Made by a program: the position numbers and the translations under genes
Assembly (NCBI GenBank): GCA_963722415.1
Contig: CAVRNI010000026.1
Location: forward strand, 58,362-122,361
Reading direction: 5' to 3'
Source of the DNA: Ilumatobacteraceae bacterium
GTDB lineage: Bacteria > Actinomycetota > Acidimicrobiia > Acidimicrobiales > Ilumatobacteraceae
Length of the DNA stretch: 64,000 nt
The notes under the pieces: model-generated
Told to the model about the DNA's origin: nothing
Seen by the model: the letters and a program-made list of their open reading frames with translations, nothing else
The model's database searches: none
Part shown: positions 11,673 through 22,299 of the stretch, piece by piece
Position numbering within the stretch: position 1 is the stretch's first letter
How the letters are laid out: each line of letters opens with the position of its first letter

Positions 11673-12434
11673 TCAGGACGCGAAATCGGGTGTCGCCGAC
11701 CGGGCCGACTCGCTGCGTCCCTTCGGCTCCTCCCACTCCTCCTGACGGCCGAGCGCGGTCAGGTCGAGGAAGTAGTAGGAACCACCCGTCGACTCGAGCC
11801 CGCGGGCGTACTGGGAGTACGTGTGGAACACCCGGCCGTCGACCTGGAGGAAGCAGCTGCGGCCCGGCATCTCGAAGGGTTGGTCGGAGTTGAAGAAGTC
11901 CGAACCCATGGCCTCGTACTCGGCCTTGGTGCGGAAGTTGTACTGCCCGTTGCCGGCCTTCTCGTCGATCGTGACCCCGAAGTCGTAGTTGAAGTCGGTC
12001 CCGAACGACGAGTACCAGGGCAGGTCCCAACCCTGCAGCGCCTTCCAGCGCTCGAGCTTGGCCAGCGGAGCGCGCGACACCATCGCGTAGCTCGTGTCGC
12101 GGGTGTGGAGGTGGTCGATGAAACCCGGCGAGATCTCGACGGTGCCGGATGTGCAGCTCGGGCATCCGTCCTCCCACTCCGGATCGAACATGAAGTGGTA
12201 GATGATCAGTTGCCGGCGTCCCTCGAACATGTCGATCAGGCGCACGGCGCCGTTCGGGCCGTCGAACACGTAGTCCTTGTCGATCTCGACCATCGGCAGG
12301 TTGCGGCGCTCGGTGTTGAGCGCGTCGCGCTGCTTGGTCATGTCCTTCTCTTTGGCGAGCAATGCGGTCCGAGCGGCGAGCCACTCGTCTCGTGTGGCGA
12401 TGTTTGGGAGGGTCATGTGGTTCCTTTGGGTCAC
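11673..12434 (-). CDS. DUF899 thioredoxin-like domain protein
   Basis: 253 aa: LPNIATRDEWLAARTALLAKEKDMTKQRDALNTERRNLPMVEIDKDYVFDGPNG...LIIYHFMFDPEWEDGCPSCT. An alternative start at 12416 is possible. Confidence 0.8.
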   Translation of the reverse strand: MTQRNHMTLPNIATRDEWLAARTALLAKEKDMTKQRDALNTERRNLPMVEIDKDYVFDGPNGAVRLIDMFEGRRQLIIYHFMFDPEWEDGCPSCTSGTVEISPGFIDHLHTRDTSYAMVSRAPLAKLERWKALQGWDLPWYSSFGTDFNYDFGVTIDEKAGNGQYNFRTKAEYEAMGSDFFNSDQPFEMPGRSCFLQVDGRVFHTYSQYARGLESTGGSYYFLDLTALGRQEEWEEPKGRSESARSATPDFAS

Positions 12435-12497
12435 GGGCGCGCGTCGCCCACATTGATCAGACTCGCGGACGACCCGGAACTGATCGGGACCGCGCGA

Positions 12498-13876
12498 CTA
12501 CTCGGCGGCGTCGACGAGCGCCTCGGCGAGCGCCGGGTGCACCAGCAGGCTCTCGACGATGTCGCTGACCTTCAGGTTGGCCGTCACCGCGAGGGCGATC
12601 ACCGAGATCAGCTCCGCGGCGTGGCGTCCGACGATCGACCCGCCGAGCACGACCCCGGTCGCCGGGTCGGAGATGATCTTCACGAAGCCCCGCGAATCGT
12701 TGTTGATCAGGGCCTTCGGAGTGGCGGAGAACGGCACCTTCGTGACGCGGATCTTGCGGCCGACGGCGAACGCCTCGGCTTCGGCGAGGCCGACGTCGGC
12801 GATCTCGGGCTCGGTGAAGATCGCCGAGGCCGCCTTGTCGTAGTCGAGGTGGCGGTGCTCGCGGGTGTGCAGGCCCATCACGTGCTCGGCCACCTTGCGG
12901 CCCTGCATGGCGGCCACCGACGACAGCGGGAGCTTGCCGCTCACGTCGCCGGCCGCGTAGATGTGGGGCTGGTTGGTGACGCAGTGCTGGTTGATCGGGA
13001 TGTAGCCACCGACGTCGACCTCCACACCGGCGACATCGAGTCCGAGCCCCTCCGTGTTCGGCACCGAGCCGATGGCGAGCACGGCGTGGGTCGACCTGAC
13101 GGTGCGACCGTCGTCGCAACTGATGATGACGTGATCGCCGTGCTCGTCGTCGACGGTCCGCTCGATCGACGTCGCCCGTGCGCCCTTCAGCAGGCGTACG
13201 CCGCGGGCGAGGAAGTCCTCCTCGAGGACGGCCGCGACCTCGGGGTCCTTGCCGGGGAGCACCTGCTGGCGGCTCACGACGAGCGTCACCGCGGCGCCGA
13301 ACGACGAGAACATGTGGACGAACTCGACACCCGTCACGCCCGACCCGACGACGGTCACGCTCTCGGGGAACGTCTTGGGTGGGTAGCAGTCGCGCGTGGT
13401 GAGGATGCGGTCGCCGTCGGGGAAGCACCAGTCGGGCACGCGGGGCTTCGAACCGGTCGACACGAGCGGCGCAGTCGAACCCGAGCTCCTGCGTGCCCTC
13501 GGCGGTCTCGACCGTCAACGTGTTCGGGCCCGTGAACCGCGCGACGCCACGGATCAACTCGACACCCTGACTCTCGAGCAGCGTCGTCGTGGCCTTCTGG
13601 AGGTGCGACTTGATGCCCTCGATGCGGGAGATCAGGCCCTCGACGTCGACCTCCGGATGCGTCGGTTCGAGACCCATGCCGTCGATGCGGCGGGAGAAGC
13701 TCATCGCGCCGCCGGTCGCGATCATCGTCTTCGACGGGATGCAGTCCCACAGGTGCGCGGCGCCACCGATCACGTCCCGTTCGATCATCGTGACCTCGCG
13801 CACCGAGGCGGGCGGCATAGGTGGCGGCGGTGTTGCCTGCCGGTCCACCCCCGACGATGACAAAGCGCATGGTCAC
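12498..13876 (-). CDS. Pyridine-nucleotide-disulfide flavoprotein (LpdA/NAD(P)H-quinone-reductase-like), two frame switches (about 13798 and about 13467)
   Basis: Three frame segments join into one protein. Segment 1 is MRFVIVGGGPAGNTAATYAARLGA. Segment 2 is EVTMIERDVIGGAAHLWDCIPSKTMIA...TQELGFDCA. Segment 3 is LVSTGSKPRVPDW...VTVVGSGVTGVEFVHMF...IYAAGDVSG...FTEPEIADVG. Confidence 0.8.
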
Positions 13877-13885
13877 GCCGACAGG

Positions 13886-15244
13886 CTACGGCGCAGGTTC
13901 GTGGTCGTGTTCCATCGCAGGTGCGTCGGTCACGAACAGCACCGACCGCGAGTTGCCGGCCTCGACGGCCTGCGTCGTCGCCTGGACCAGGTTCGGGCAG
14001 TAGGTCGACGGATAGCTGAGCTGGTCGCGGCGCTCGCCCACCCACTCGAAGTGCATCCCGTCGGACACGAGGAAGTTGCCGCCCCACGCGAAGTTGTGGC
14101 GCCGGAAGATGCGCACGACCTCGCAGTTCATCTGCGGCACGCAACCCTGGCAGTTGCTGACGGTGTTGGTGTCGAGCGCCATCCCCCACGAGTGCCGCGA
14201 CAGGAAGCCGAGCTCTCCGCCGATCCGGTTGAAGCGCGCGTAGTGACAACCGCCGTACGTGTTGGCATTGGTGACGTCGATGGTGCCGGCGAGACCGGCC
14301 GCGGCCACATCGTCGAGGGCCGCCTTGAGGTCGGCGACGATCCGGTTGTGGCAGCGCGCCCGGATCGGGATCTGCGAGCTGAGGAGCTCGCGACCGGCCG
14401 GCAGGTTCGCCGCCTGCCACGCACCCTCCTGGATGATGCTGCCGTCGCCGAGGATCTGGTAGGCGAACTCACCGAGCAACTCCTTGGTGCGGGCGAGTCC
14501 GAGGTTGCCGTCGGGGCTGGGCGGGTCCCAGCTGTGGCGCACCCGGGTCCGGAACCGACTGCTCACGCCGCGGTCGGCGAGCGCCGCGTCGAGCGCGACG
14601 CGCGACGGGAACCCGTAGATCACGACCTGGGTGTTGGAGGTGATCCCCAAGCCACCGGCCGCGGCGGTCGTCATCAACAGCTCGGTGCCGCCGACCTCGT
14701 CCTCCGTGCCGATCCTCGAGATCGTGAGCGTGCGCACGCTTCCATCGGCGGCGACGAGATCGATCAGATCACCCGCCTGGGCGCCCCGGAGGCCGGCCGT
14801 TCGCTCACCCATCACGACCGAGGTCGGTCCGAGCGCGCCCGAGATGGCGCGGCCGCTGACAGCGGCGATCGCCGACGGGTGCAACGCGGTGACCGACATC
14901 GGCAAGCGGAAGCCGGACGGCGCCTGTTGCACGATCGACCCGGCGCGGGTGATGCGCGTCATGCCGATCGTCACGGACCGACCGGCGGTGCCGACACCCC
15001 CGGCGTCGCGTGCCGCGGCGAGTGAGCCGTACAGGTTCGCGGTGTCGAGCTCGCCGACGTCGGAGACGGTGACGATGTCGCCGAGCACCTCGACCGCGGT
15101 CGCCCCCGCGCCCGGCGTCGCCGGGGCATTGATCGACGGCGGCGCGGCGACAGCAACCACCGCGGCGGTGCCCAGGACCGCGGCGATCGAGAGGACCACC
15201 GCCCGGCGTCGGGAGCGGGTGAGGCGGGGTGACGACGACAGCAC
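13886..15244 (-). CDS. Secreted M15-family (VanY/D-Ala-D-Ala carboxypeptidase-like) peptidoglycan peptidase
   Basis: Signal-like N-terminus RRRAVVLSIAAVLGTAAVVAVAAP. The C-terminal domain has LSRHSWGMALD and FAWGGNFLVSDGMHFEW. Confidence 0.7.
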   Translation of the reverse strand: MLSSSPRLTRSRRRAVVLSIAAVLGTAAVVAVAAPPSINAPATPGAGATAVEVLGDIVTVSDVGELDTANLYGSLAAARDAGGVGTAGRSVTIGMTRITRAGSIVQQAPSGFRLPMSVTALHPSAIAAVSGRAISGALGPTSVVMGERTAGLRGAQAGDLIDLVAADGSVRTLTISRIGTEDEVGGTELLMTTAAAGGLGITSNTQVVIYGFPSRVALDAALADRGVSSRFRTRVRHSWDPPSPDGNLGLARTKELLGEFAYQILGDGSIIQEGAWQAANLPAGRELLSSQIPIRARCHNRIVADLKAALDDVAAAGLAGTIDVTNANTYGGCHYARFNRIGGELGFLSRHSWGMALDTNTVSNCQGCVPQMNCEVVRIFRRHNFAWGGNFLVSDGMHFEWVGERRDQLSYPSTYCPNLVQATTQAVEAGNSRSVLFVTDAPAMEHDHEPAP

Positions 15245-15305
15245 GGTTCTGCAGGCTAGAAGCCATCGCCGGGATACGCGGGGCAGCGGCTACCGTCGAG
15301 CCATC

Positions 15306-16901
15306 GTGGACCAGGGAACCGACGCTGGGGCCGGTGCGGCCGAAGTCGAGACGCCAGACGTCGAGACGCCCGAAACCGCGCCGGATGTCGGGCCAGCTGT
15401 CGAGCCCGTGACGGCGTCGAGCAGCGGGCTCAGCACCGAGCGGTCGCGACGCCTGGCACAGGTCGAAAAGCTGCGCGACGCAGGCACTGAGCCGTACCCC
15501 TACCGGTTCGACCGCTCGCACACCCTGCGCGAGATCCGCGACACCTGGGGGTCGCTCGAACCGGGCACCGAGACCGCCGACGAGGTCGACGTCGCCGGCC
15601 GCGTGATGCTGCTGCGCGACTCCGGCAAGCTCGTGTTCGCGACGATGCGCGACCGCAGCGGCGAGATCCAGCTCTTCGTGTCGAAGGCCGAGATGGGCGA
15701 CGGAGCGTTCGACGACGTCAAGGCGCTCGACCTCGGCGACTGGGTCGGCGTGCACGGCACGGTGATGACCACGCGCAAGGGCGAGCTCTCGATCAAGGTC
15801 GACCGCTTGGAGCTGCTCGCCAAGTCGTTGCGGCCGTTGCCGGACAAGTGGCACGGGCTGACCGACATCGACGCCCGCTACCGCCAGCGCTACGCCGACC
15901 TGATCGTCAACGAGCAGGCCCGCCGCGCGTTCGAGATCCGCCACGAGTTGATCGCCAGCTTCCGCCGCACGCTCGCCGCCGAAGGCTTCACCGAGGTCGA
16001 AACGCCGATCCTCCATGTCGAAGCCGGCGGCGCGCACGCGAGGCCCTTCGTCACCCACCATCACACGCTCGACATGGAGCTGTACCTGCGGATCGCGCTC
16101 GAGCTGCATCTCAAGCGCCTGATCGTGGGCGGCATGGAGCGGGTGTACGAGATGGGTCGCATCTTCCGCAACGAGGGCATCTCACCCCGTCACAACCCCG
16201 AGTTCACGATGATGGAGCTGTATCAGGCGTTTGCCGACGTCACCGACGTGATGACGATCACGGAGCGGCTCATCGTCCAGGCGGCGCGCGACGCGCTCGG
16301 CACGACCGTCGTGACGATCCGCGGCGTCGAGGTCGACCTCGCCGAACCGTGGCCACGGCGACGGATGATCGATCTGGTCAGCGAGTCGATCGGTACCGAC
16401 GTGCACCCGTCACAGCCGGTCGAGCACCTGCGGGCGCTCGCCGATCGCCTCGACGCGCACTACGAACCCGCCTGGGGTCAAGGCCGGCTGATCGAGGCGT
16501 TGTTCGAGGCCACGGTCGAGGCGGACCTCGTGGGGCCGGTCTTCGTCACCGGTCACCCGATCGAGATCTCACCGCTGGCGAGGGTCGATCGCGACGACCC
16601 GTTCCTCACCGAGCGCTTCGAGCTGTTCGCCAATTCGATGGAGTTGGCCAACGGCTACACCGAGCTCAACGACCCGGTCGAGCAACGGCAGCGCTTCGAG
16701 GAGGAGCAGGCGGCCAGGGAAGCCGGTGACGTCGAACGGGGATCAGTCGACGAGGACTACCTACGCGCCCTCGAGTACGGCATGCCTCCGACCGGCGGGC
16801 TCGGCGTGGGCATCGATCGTGTCGCCCGCCTGCTGGCCGGCGTCGACACGATCAAGGAGGTCATCCTGTTCCCCACACTCCGACCAGAGGTGTTCGAATG
16901 A
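15306..16901 (+). CDS. lysS: Lysine-tRNA ligase (class II)
   Basis: Part of ORF 14631..16901 from in-frame GTG 15306: [13 protein letters not shown]...[23 protein letters not shown]...[23 protein letters not shown]...[14 protein letters not shown]. Upstream ORF text is antisense to the M15 gene. Confidence 0.92.
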   Translation: MDQGTDAGAGAAEVETPDVETPETAPDVGPAVEPVTASSSGLSTERSRRLAQVEKLRDAGTEPYPYRFDRSHTLREIRDTWGSLEPGTETADEVDVAGRVMLLRDSGKLVFATMRDRSGEIQLFVSKAEMGDGAFDDVKALDLGDWVGVHGTVMTTRKGELSIKVDRLELLAKSLRPLPDKWHGLTDIDARYRQRYADLIVNEQARRAFEIRHELIASFRRTLAAEGFTEVETPILHVEAGGAHARPFVTHHHTLDMELYLRIALELHLKRLIVGGMERVYEMGRIFRNEGISPRHNPEFTMMELYQAFADVTDVMTITERLIVQAARDALGTTVVTIRGVEVDLAEPWPRRRMIDLVSESIGTDVHPSQPVEHLRALADRLDAHYEPAWGQGRLIEALFEATVEADLVGPVFVTGHPIEISPLARVDRDDPFLTERFELFANSMELANGYTELNDPVEQRQRFEEEQAAREAGDVERGSVDEDYLRALEYGMPPTGGLGVGIDRVARLLAGVDTIKEVILFPTLRPEVFE

Positions 16902-16911
16902 GGGTCCTCGA

Positions 16912-17859
16912 ATGACACGCATGGCATGGGGCGCCGGGCTCACCACGGAGGCCGCCGACGGCACGACGCTCGACGCCTGGTTCCGGTGGCTCGGCTGGGG
17001 CGAGTTCGGGAGCGACGAGATGGTCGCCGACCATCCCGACATCGACACGCAGCTCGGCTTACGTGATCGGGTCGACGAGCTGCGCCGGGTCAAGGTGCGT
17101 CCGATCCGCCTGACGGTCGACGTCGACGAGGCACCCGCCTCGGCCGCCGACGTCTACCTCCGTCTCCATCTGCTGTCACACCGCCTCGCCGCGCCGCGCA
17201 CGTTGAACCTCGACGGCGCGTTCGGACTGCTCTCGAACGTGGCGTGGACGAACCTCGGTCCGGTCGCCGTCGCCGATCTCGACGACGTCCGCCTCCGCGT
17301 CCGCCTCGACGGCGGATGGCTCGAGGTCCACGGCCTCGACAAGTTCCCCCGCATGACCGACTACGTGGTGCCGAGCGGCGTGCGCATCGCCGATGCCGAC
17401 CGGGTCCGGCTCGGCGCCCACTTGGCGGACGGGACGGTCGTGATGCACGAGGGCTTCGTCAACTTCAACGGTGGCACGCTCGGCACGTCGATGGTCGAGG
17501 GTCGCATCTCACAGGGTGTCGTCGTCGGTGACGGCTCCGACGTGGGCGGCGGCGCCTCGATCATGGGCACGCTCTCGGGTGGTGGGACGGAACAGGTCAC
17601 CATCGGCGAACGGTGCCTGCTCGGTGCGAACTCCGGCATCGGCATCAGCCTCGGTGACGACTGCGTCGTCGAGGCCGGGCTCTACGTCACCGCCGGCACG
17701 CTCGTGAAGCTGCCCGACGGGAATGTCACCAAGGGCCGCGAGATCAGCGGCATCTCGAACATGATGTTCATCCGCCACAGCCAGACCGGGGCGGTCGAGG
17801 CCCGTCAGCGCAGCGGATCGTGGGGCGGCCTGAACCAGGCCCTCCACGTGAACGACTGA
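16912..17859 (+). CDS. dapD: 2,3,4,5-tetrahydropyridine-2,6-dicarboxylate N-succinyltransferase (actinobacterial type)
   Basis: Starts at ATG 16912: [12 protein letters not shown]...[12 protein letters not shown]...[47 protein letters not shown] (hexapeptide repeats). Confidence 0.85.
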   Translation: MTRMAWGAGLTTEAADGTTLDAWFRWLGWGEFGSDEMVADHPDIDTQLGLRDRVDELRRVKVRPIRLTVDVDEAPASAADVYLRLHLLSHRLAAPRTLNLDGAFGLLSNVAWTNLGPVAVADLDDVRLRVRLDGGWLEVHGLDKFPRMTDYVVPSGVRIADADRVRLGAHLADGTVVMHEGFVNFNGGTLGTSMVEGRISQGVVVGDGSDVGGGASIMGTLSGGGTEQVTIGERCLLGANSGIGISLGDDCVVEAGLYVTAGTLVKLPDGNVTKGREISGISNMMFIRHSQTGAVEARQRSGSWGGLNQALHVND

Positions 17860-17894
17860 CGCGACGTAACGGGTGACGCGCGGTCCACCACGCT

Positions 17895-17950
17895 CGAGTC
17901 GGCGACCAGACGCTCAGCGACGCGACGTCGGGTGAGCCGACTCAATTCAG
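17895..17950 (+). repeat. REP-like palindromic element, copy 1
   Basis: cgagtcggcgaccagacgctcagcgacgcgacgtcgggtgagccgactcaattcag lies between convergent dapD and the protease gene. Outer arms gagtcggc/gccgactc; inner arms cagacg/cgtcgg. Confidence 0.85.
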
Positions 17951-19617
17951 CTCGGTGTGACGAGGAACGTCGCGAACACCTGGTCGAGCACCGCGAGGTC
18001 GGCATCGGAGACGAGTTGCATGACGACGATGGCCGTGTACGTGTTGTCGGGCGGCACCGCCGCCACCGTGACGTAGACGGTGGTCGTGCCTCCACAATCG
18101 GTGAACGTCTGGTATCGGCCGGTGTACGCGGCGTCGCTGTAGTCCTGGATGCCGGCGTCGGTGCACTCGCCCTCGCCGGGAGCGAACGCGGCGAGCGTCT
18201 CGTCGAGCGATGCTTGCGGCCCCACGGCCGTGAAGAACAGCCCCGGCGTCAGGTAGTTGGCGTTGAACTCGTCGATCGACGGCGACGCCATGATCAGCGG
18301 GGCCTGGGTGCCGTCGTCGAGCGCGAACGGTGCGAGGTCGGTGTCGGCCCATTCGATCGGTGCGTCGACCGTGAGCACACCCGTCTCGTCGGTGAGCGTC
18401 TGGTAGCCACTGATCTCCGGCGACTCCGGCGTCTCCTCGACCGGATCCTCGGCGACCTCGTCATCGAGCTCCTCGGCGAACGAAAATGCCTGCTCGAGCG
18501 GCTTGTCGCCGTTGAGCTCGCCGCGCAACACCTCAGAGGTGTCGAAGCGCAGCACCTCGACGGTGATCGGCCGGTCGCCGGACGTGCGCAGCACGTCGCA
18601 GTAGGCGGAGTACGTGCCGTCAGCGCCGACCGGCAGGCCGTTGAGCGTCGTGACGATGTCGCCGGGCAGGATCTCGGTGTCCGACGCCGGCGAGCCGGGC
18701 GCCACGCCGGCGACCCAGATGCCGGAGATCCCGGCCTCTTCGTCAACCACGGCTTGGCCGTTGATGCCGAGCGACTCGAAGTCGCCCTCCATCAGCTTGG
18801 CGACGACGGGTTCGGCGAGCTCCTTGCTGATCGCGAAGAACTGCGACGTGTTGGTCTGCGAGCCGGTGGCGTAGTTGACGGCCGCGACCAGGCCCTCGGT
18901 GGTCACGAGCGGGCCGCCCGAGTTGCCGGGTTGGATGTTGGCGTCGTGCTCGATCGTCGAGTCGATCGACGCCCACGGTGTCTCGCCGGACGCCTGCGCC
19001 TTGGCGACGATGCCGCGGGTGAGGGTGAACTCGGGATCGCCCAGCGGGAACCCGGCCGCGTACACCTCGAGCCCGGCCGCGAGATCACCGTCGTACCAGT
19101 CGAGGAAGGGCAGCGGCTCGTCCTCGGTGATGTCGATCACGGCGAGGTCGTTGCACTCCGACACCCCGAGCACGACGGCGTTGAAGCTCCGGTCGAGCTC
19201 GCCACCGACGTACACCTCGAGCGTGGCGGCCCCCGTGACGACGTGGTTGTTGGTGACGGCAATGCCGTCGGGGCTGATGATGAACCCACTGCCCGAACCG
19301 GCCGTGGACGTGGCGCCCAGCTCGGGATCGCGAATGGTGCCTTGGGCGATGATCTGGACGACCGCCGGCTGGACCTGACCGAAACCCACCTGCGCGCCGG
19401 ATGCGTTGGTCGTGGTGTCGGTGGGCGCCTCGGTGTCGTCTGGCGCTTCGGTTTCGTCGGGCGCCTCCGTGGTGTCGGGCCCGTCGGTCGCCTCTGACTC
19501 GTCGTCGCCGCCGCCCCCGCACGCCCCCGCCACGAGTCCTGCCACTGCGAGCAGACCAATCAATTTCACCTTGGTCAGTCTCACCTTGGTCATCGAGGGC
19601 AGGGTCCGGCGCATCAT
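17947..19617 (-). CDS. Trypsin-like serine protease lipoprotein with PDZ domain (HtrA-like)
   Basis: Lipobox LVAGAC after MMRRTLPSMTKVRLTKVKLIGLLAVAG, then an acidic PDTTEAPDETEAPDDTEAP linker. Protease core has GSGFIISPDGIAVTNNHVV and IQPGNSGGPLV; PDZ-like segment GIWVAGVAPGSPASDTEILPGDIVTTLNG. Start is M62 or M70 of ORF 17947..19800. Confidence 0.85.
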   Translation of the reverse strand: MMRRTLPSMTKVRLTKVKLIGLLAVAGLVAGACGGGGDDESEATDGPDTTEAPDETEAPDDTEAPTDTTTNASGAQVGFGQVQPAVVQIIAQGTIRDPELGATSTAGSGSGFIISPDGIAVTNNHVVTGAATLEVYVGGELDRSFNAVVLGVSECNDLAVIDITEDEPLPFLDWYDGDLAAGLEVYAAGFPLGDPEFTLTRGIVAKAQASGETPWASIDSTIEHDANIQPGNSGGPLVTTEGLVAAVNYATGSQTNTSQFFAISKELAEPVVAKLMEGDFESLGINGQAVVDEEAGISGIWVAGVAPGSPASDTEILPGDIVTTLNGLPVGADGTYSAYCDVLRTSGDRPITVEVLRFDTSEVLRGELNGDKPLEQAFSFAEELDDEVAEDPVEETPESPEISGYQTLTDETGVLTVDAPIEWADTDLAPFALDDGTQAPLIMASPSIDEFNANYLTPGLFFTAVGPQASLDETLAAFAPGEGECTDAGIQDYSDAAYTGRYQTFTDCGGTTTVYVTVAAVPPDNTYTAIVVMQLVSDADLAVLDQVFATFLVTPS

Positions 19618-19690
19618 GCGGCGAGTGTAAGCATCGCCGGCCAAACCAGCGCGACATTCGCCGACACCCTGTGGGGGTAGCGTCGCCGCG

Positions 19691-20716
19691 GTGGCGCGAT
19701 CGGCCGAACACGGCGACCCAGTGGAGCTCGTGGCCGACGGACGCACGTTCGCGATCACGAGCCCGAACAAGGTCATGTTCCCCGAACACGGCCAGACCAA
19801 GCTCGACCTGGCGAGGTACTACCTCGACGTCGGCGAGGCCCTCATGCGTACCTTGCGCGACCGGCCGGTGCTGCTCGAGCGCTACCCGAACGGGGTCGGC
19901 GGCCAGTCGTTCTTCCAGAAGCGCATCCCCGACACAGCGCCCGACTGGCTGGTGACGACGACGGTGCAGACCATCAACGGCACGCCGTCGCGGGCGCTCG
20001 TGATCGCCGACCTCGCGCATGTGCTGTGGGCGGTCAACCAGGGCGTGCTCGGCCTCCACGTGTGGCCATACCGGGCATCGACGCCCGATGAGGCCGACGA
20101 GTTGCGCATCGACCTCGATCCTGCGCCAGGCGTGCCCTTCGAAGGGGTCCGTGAGGCGGCAGGCCATGTCTTCGCCTATCTCGCCGAGCTCGGCATCATG
20201 AGCTATCCGAAGACCACCGGCAGCAAGGGCTTGCACGTCTACGTGCGCGTCGAGCCGGGGTGGGACTCGTTCGCCGTGCGCGGGGCGTCCATCACCGTCG
20301 CCCGCGAGATGGCGCGCCGCCATCCGGACGTGCTGACCGACAAGTGGTGGAAGGAGGAACGCGGGAAGCGGGTCTTCATCGACTTCAACCAGAACGCACC
20401 GCACAAGAACGTGTTCGGGGCGTGGGGTGTGCGGCCGCGGGTGGGCGCCCAGGTGTCGACGCCGTTCGCGTGGGACGAACTGGGCACGATCGACCACGAG
20501 GCGCTCACGATGGCCACGGTGCCCGGACGCCTCGCCGAGCTCGGTGATCCCTGGGAGGAGATGGACGACGACCCACAATCGATCGCACCGTTGGTCGAAC
20601 GCTTCGCCGAAGACCTCGCCGACGGCATCCCCGACGCGCCGTGGCCGCCCGTCTACCCGAAGATGCCCAACGAAGCGCCCCGCGTGTCGCCCAGCCGCGC
20701 CAAGAAAGAAGATTGA
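19691..20716 (+). CDS. Stand-alone LigD polymerase/primase domain protein (NHEJ PolDom)
   Basis: 341 aa: ITSPNKVMFPEHGQTKLDLARYY...LERYPNGVGGQSFFQKRIP...KTTGSKGLHVYVRV...RVFIDFNQNAPHKNVFGAWGVRP. No ligase or nuclease domain is attached. Confidence 0.85.
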   Translation: MARSAEHGDPVELVADGRTFAITSPNKVMFPEHGQTKLDLARYYLDVGEALMRTLRDRPVLLERYPNGVGGQSFFQKRIPDTAPDWLVTTTVQTINGTPSRALVIADLAHVLWAVNQGVLGLHVWPYRASTPDEADELRIDLDPAPGVPFEGVREAAGHVFAYLAELGIMSYPKTTGSKGLHVYVRVEPGWDSFAVRGASITVAREMARRHPDVLTDKWWKEERGKRVFIDFNQNAPHKNVFGAWGVRPRVGAQVSTPFAWDELGTIDHEALTMATVPGRLAELGDPWEEMDDDPQSIAPLVERFAEDLADGIPDAPWPPVYPKMPNEAPRVSPSRAKKED

Positions 20717-21468
20717 TGACGACCCGTCTGACGAGCGTCGTGATCGACGCCGCCGACCCGGGTGCGCTCGCGAATTGGTGGTCGGACGCGATCGGGTGGC
20801 CGATCACGTACGTCGACCCCGACGAGATCGTCGTCGAACCGGCCGGCAACGAGCAGTCGTACGACGTCCCGGCGTTGGTGTTCGGGATCGGCGAGGATCC
20901 GAAGACCACGAAGAACCGCGTCCACCTCGATCTGGCCAGCGATTCCTTGGACCATCAGGCGGCGATCGTCGAGCGACTCGTCGCGGCCGGCGCCACCCAC
21001 GTCGACGTCGGGCAGGCGGACGTCCCCTGGGTCGTGCTCGCCGATCCGGAGGGCAACGAGTTCTGCGTGCTCGAGCCACGTGAGCGTCACATCGGCCGCG
21101 GTCCGATCGCGTCGATCGTCGTCGATGCGGCCGACCCGGCCGCGGTCGCCCGCTTCTGGGTCGCCGCCAGCGGCTGGCCGGTCGCCGACGAGAGCGAGGG
21201 AGGCGTCACCCTCCACAACCCCCGCGGGCTGCTCCCCGACCTCGATTTCGTGCCGGTCGCCGACGTCAAGTCGACGAAGAACCGCGTGCACCTCGACGTC
21301 GCCCCGTACGAAGGCGAGGACCAGGCCGCTGAGGTCGCTCGGCTCGTGGCACTCGGCGCCGAGCACATCGACATCGGCCAAGGCCCCGATGTGACCTGGA
21401 TCGTCCTCGCCGATCCCGAGCGCAACGAGCTCTGCGTCCTCAGCCCACAGGGGCGTCCCCCCGGATAA
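20716..21468 (+). CDS. Tandem VOC (glyoxalase/bleomycin-resistance-like) domain protein
   Basis: Two repeats of the pattern ...VVIDAADPGALANWW...KNRVHLDL...VVLADPEGNEFCVLEP and ...IVVDAADPAAVARFW...KNRVHLDV...IVLADPERNELCVLSP. The ATG overlaps the previous stop (TGATG). Confidence 0.75.
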   Translation: MTTRLTSVVIDAADPGALANWWSDAIGWPITYVDPDEIVVEPAGNEQSYDVPALVFGIGEDPKTTKNRVHLDLASDSLDHQAAIVERLVAAGATHVDVGQADVPWVVLADPEGNEFCVLEPRERHIGRGPIASIVVDAADPAAVARFWVAASGWPVADESEGGVTLHNPRGLLPDLDFVPVADVKSTKNRVHLDVAPYEGEDQAAEVARLVALGAEHIDIGQGPDVTWIVLADPERNELCVLSPQGRPPG

Positions 21469-21482
21469 CCACGTTCGCCGCA

Positions 21483-21538
21483 CGAGTCGGCGACCAAACC
21501 TGCAACGAGCAAATGCAGGGTGAGCCGACTCAATCAAG
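21483..21538 (+). repeat. REP-like palindromic element, copy 2
   Basis: cgagtcggcgaccaaacctgcaacgagcaaatgcagggtgagccgactcaatcaag lies 3' of the VOC gene. The inner stem is changed to cctgca/tgcagg (compensatory relative to copy 1). Confidence 0.85.
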
Positions 21539-21575
21539 CACGGAATAAATTGCGCGCACAAGTGTTTGGAAGGTC

Positions 21576-22286
21576 ATGAGCACCCAGATCGACATTCGTC
21601 GCGCCGGCGATCGCTTCGTCACCAAGATCGGCTGGCTCGACTCGAAGCACTCCTTCAACTTCGGCCCCCACTTCGATCCGACCAACACCGGCCATGGGCT
21701 GCTGCTCGTCAACAACGACGACATCGTGCGGGCGGGGACGGGCTTCGACACCCATCCGCATCGCGACATGGAGATCATCACGTGGGTGCTGTCGGGCGAG
21801 CTCGAGCACAAGGACTCCGAGCACAACCACGGCATCATCTTCCCCGGTCTCGCCCAGCGGATGTCGGCCGGCACCGGCATCCGGCATTCGGAGAAGAACG
21901 CCAGCGCCGACACCGATGTGCACTTCGTGCAGATGTGGGTACCGCCCGACACCGAGTCGATCGATCCCGGCTACGAGCAGCTCGACATCAACGACGAGCT
22001 TCGCAAGGGCGGTCTCGTGCCGATCGCGTCCGGCAAGGGGCACGACGCGGCGATCTCGATCCACCAGCGCGATGCCGTGTTGTGGGGCGGCCGGCTGCAC
22101 GCCGGCGAGACCGTGACGGTGCCCGACGACGTCCATGTCCATGTGTTCGTGCCGATCGGCTCGGCGGAGCTCGAACAAGCAGGCTCCCTCGACACCGGCG
22201 ACGCGGTACGCCTCACCGATGCCGGAGGTCTGGAGCTCACTGCCGGCGCCGAGGGCGCCGAGGTGTTGATCTGGGCGACGGCCTGA
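21576..22286 (+). CDS. Pirin-family protein
   Basis: 236 aa: GWLDSKHSFNFGPHFDP...GFDTHPHRDMEIITWVLSGELEHKDS...MSAGTGIRHSEKN. Confidence 0.88.
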   Translation: MSTQIDIRRAGDRFVTKIGWLDSKHSFNFGPHFDPTNTGHGLLLVNNDDIVRAGTGFDTHPHRDMEIITWVLSGELEHKDSEHNHGIIFPGLAQRMSAGTGIRHSEKNASADTDVHFVQMWVPPDTESIDPGYEQLDINDELRKGGLVPIASGKGHDAAISIHQRDAVLWGGRLHAGETVTVPDDVHVHVFVPIGSAELEQAGSLDTGDAVRLTDAGGLELTAGAEGAEVLIWATA

Positions 22287-22299
22287 CATCCTTGCTCGC

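Noticed and set aside
16885-16916. Duplicated tcgaatga octamer at the lysS stop / dapD start.
   Set aside because: Only 8 nt, which is compatible with chance. It merely places TGA and ATG in similar contexts.
17895-17950. REP-like elements as integron attC sites or tRNA/sRNA genes.
   Set aside because: There are no R'/R'' GTTRRRY core sites, no integrase and no cassette organisation. There is no cloverleaf or T-loop (GTTCGAATC-type) signature. The hairpin-at-stop-codon placement fits terminator/REP elements better.
19440-19510. Repeated ggcgc(c/t)tc(g/c)gt motifs near the protease 5' end.
   Set aside because: They encode the acidic PDTTEAPDETEAPDDTEAP linker after the lipobox. This is low-complexity coding sequence, not a regulatory repeat.
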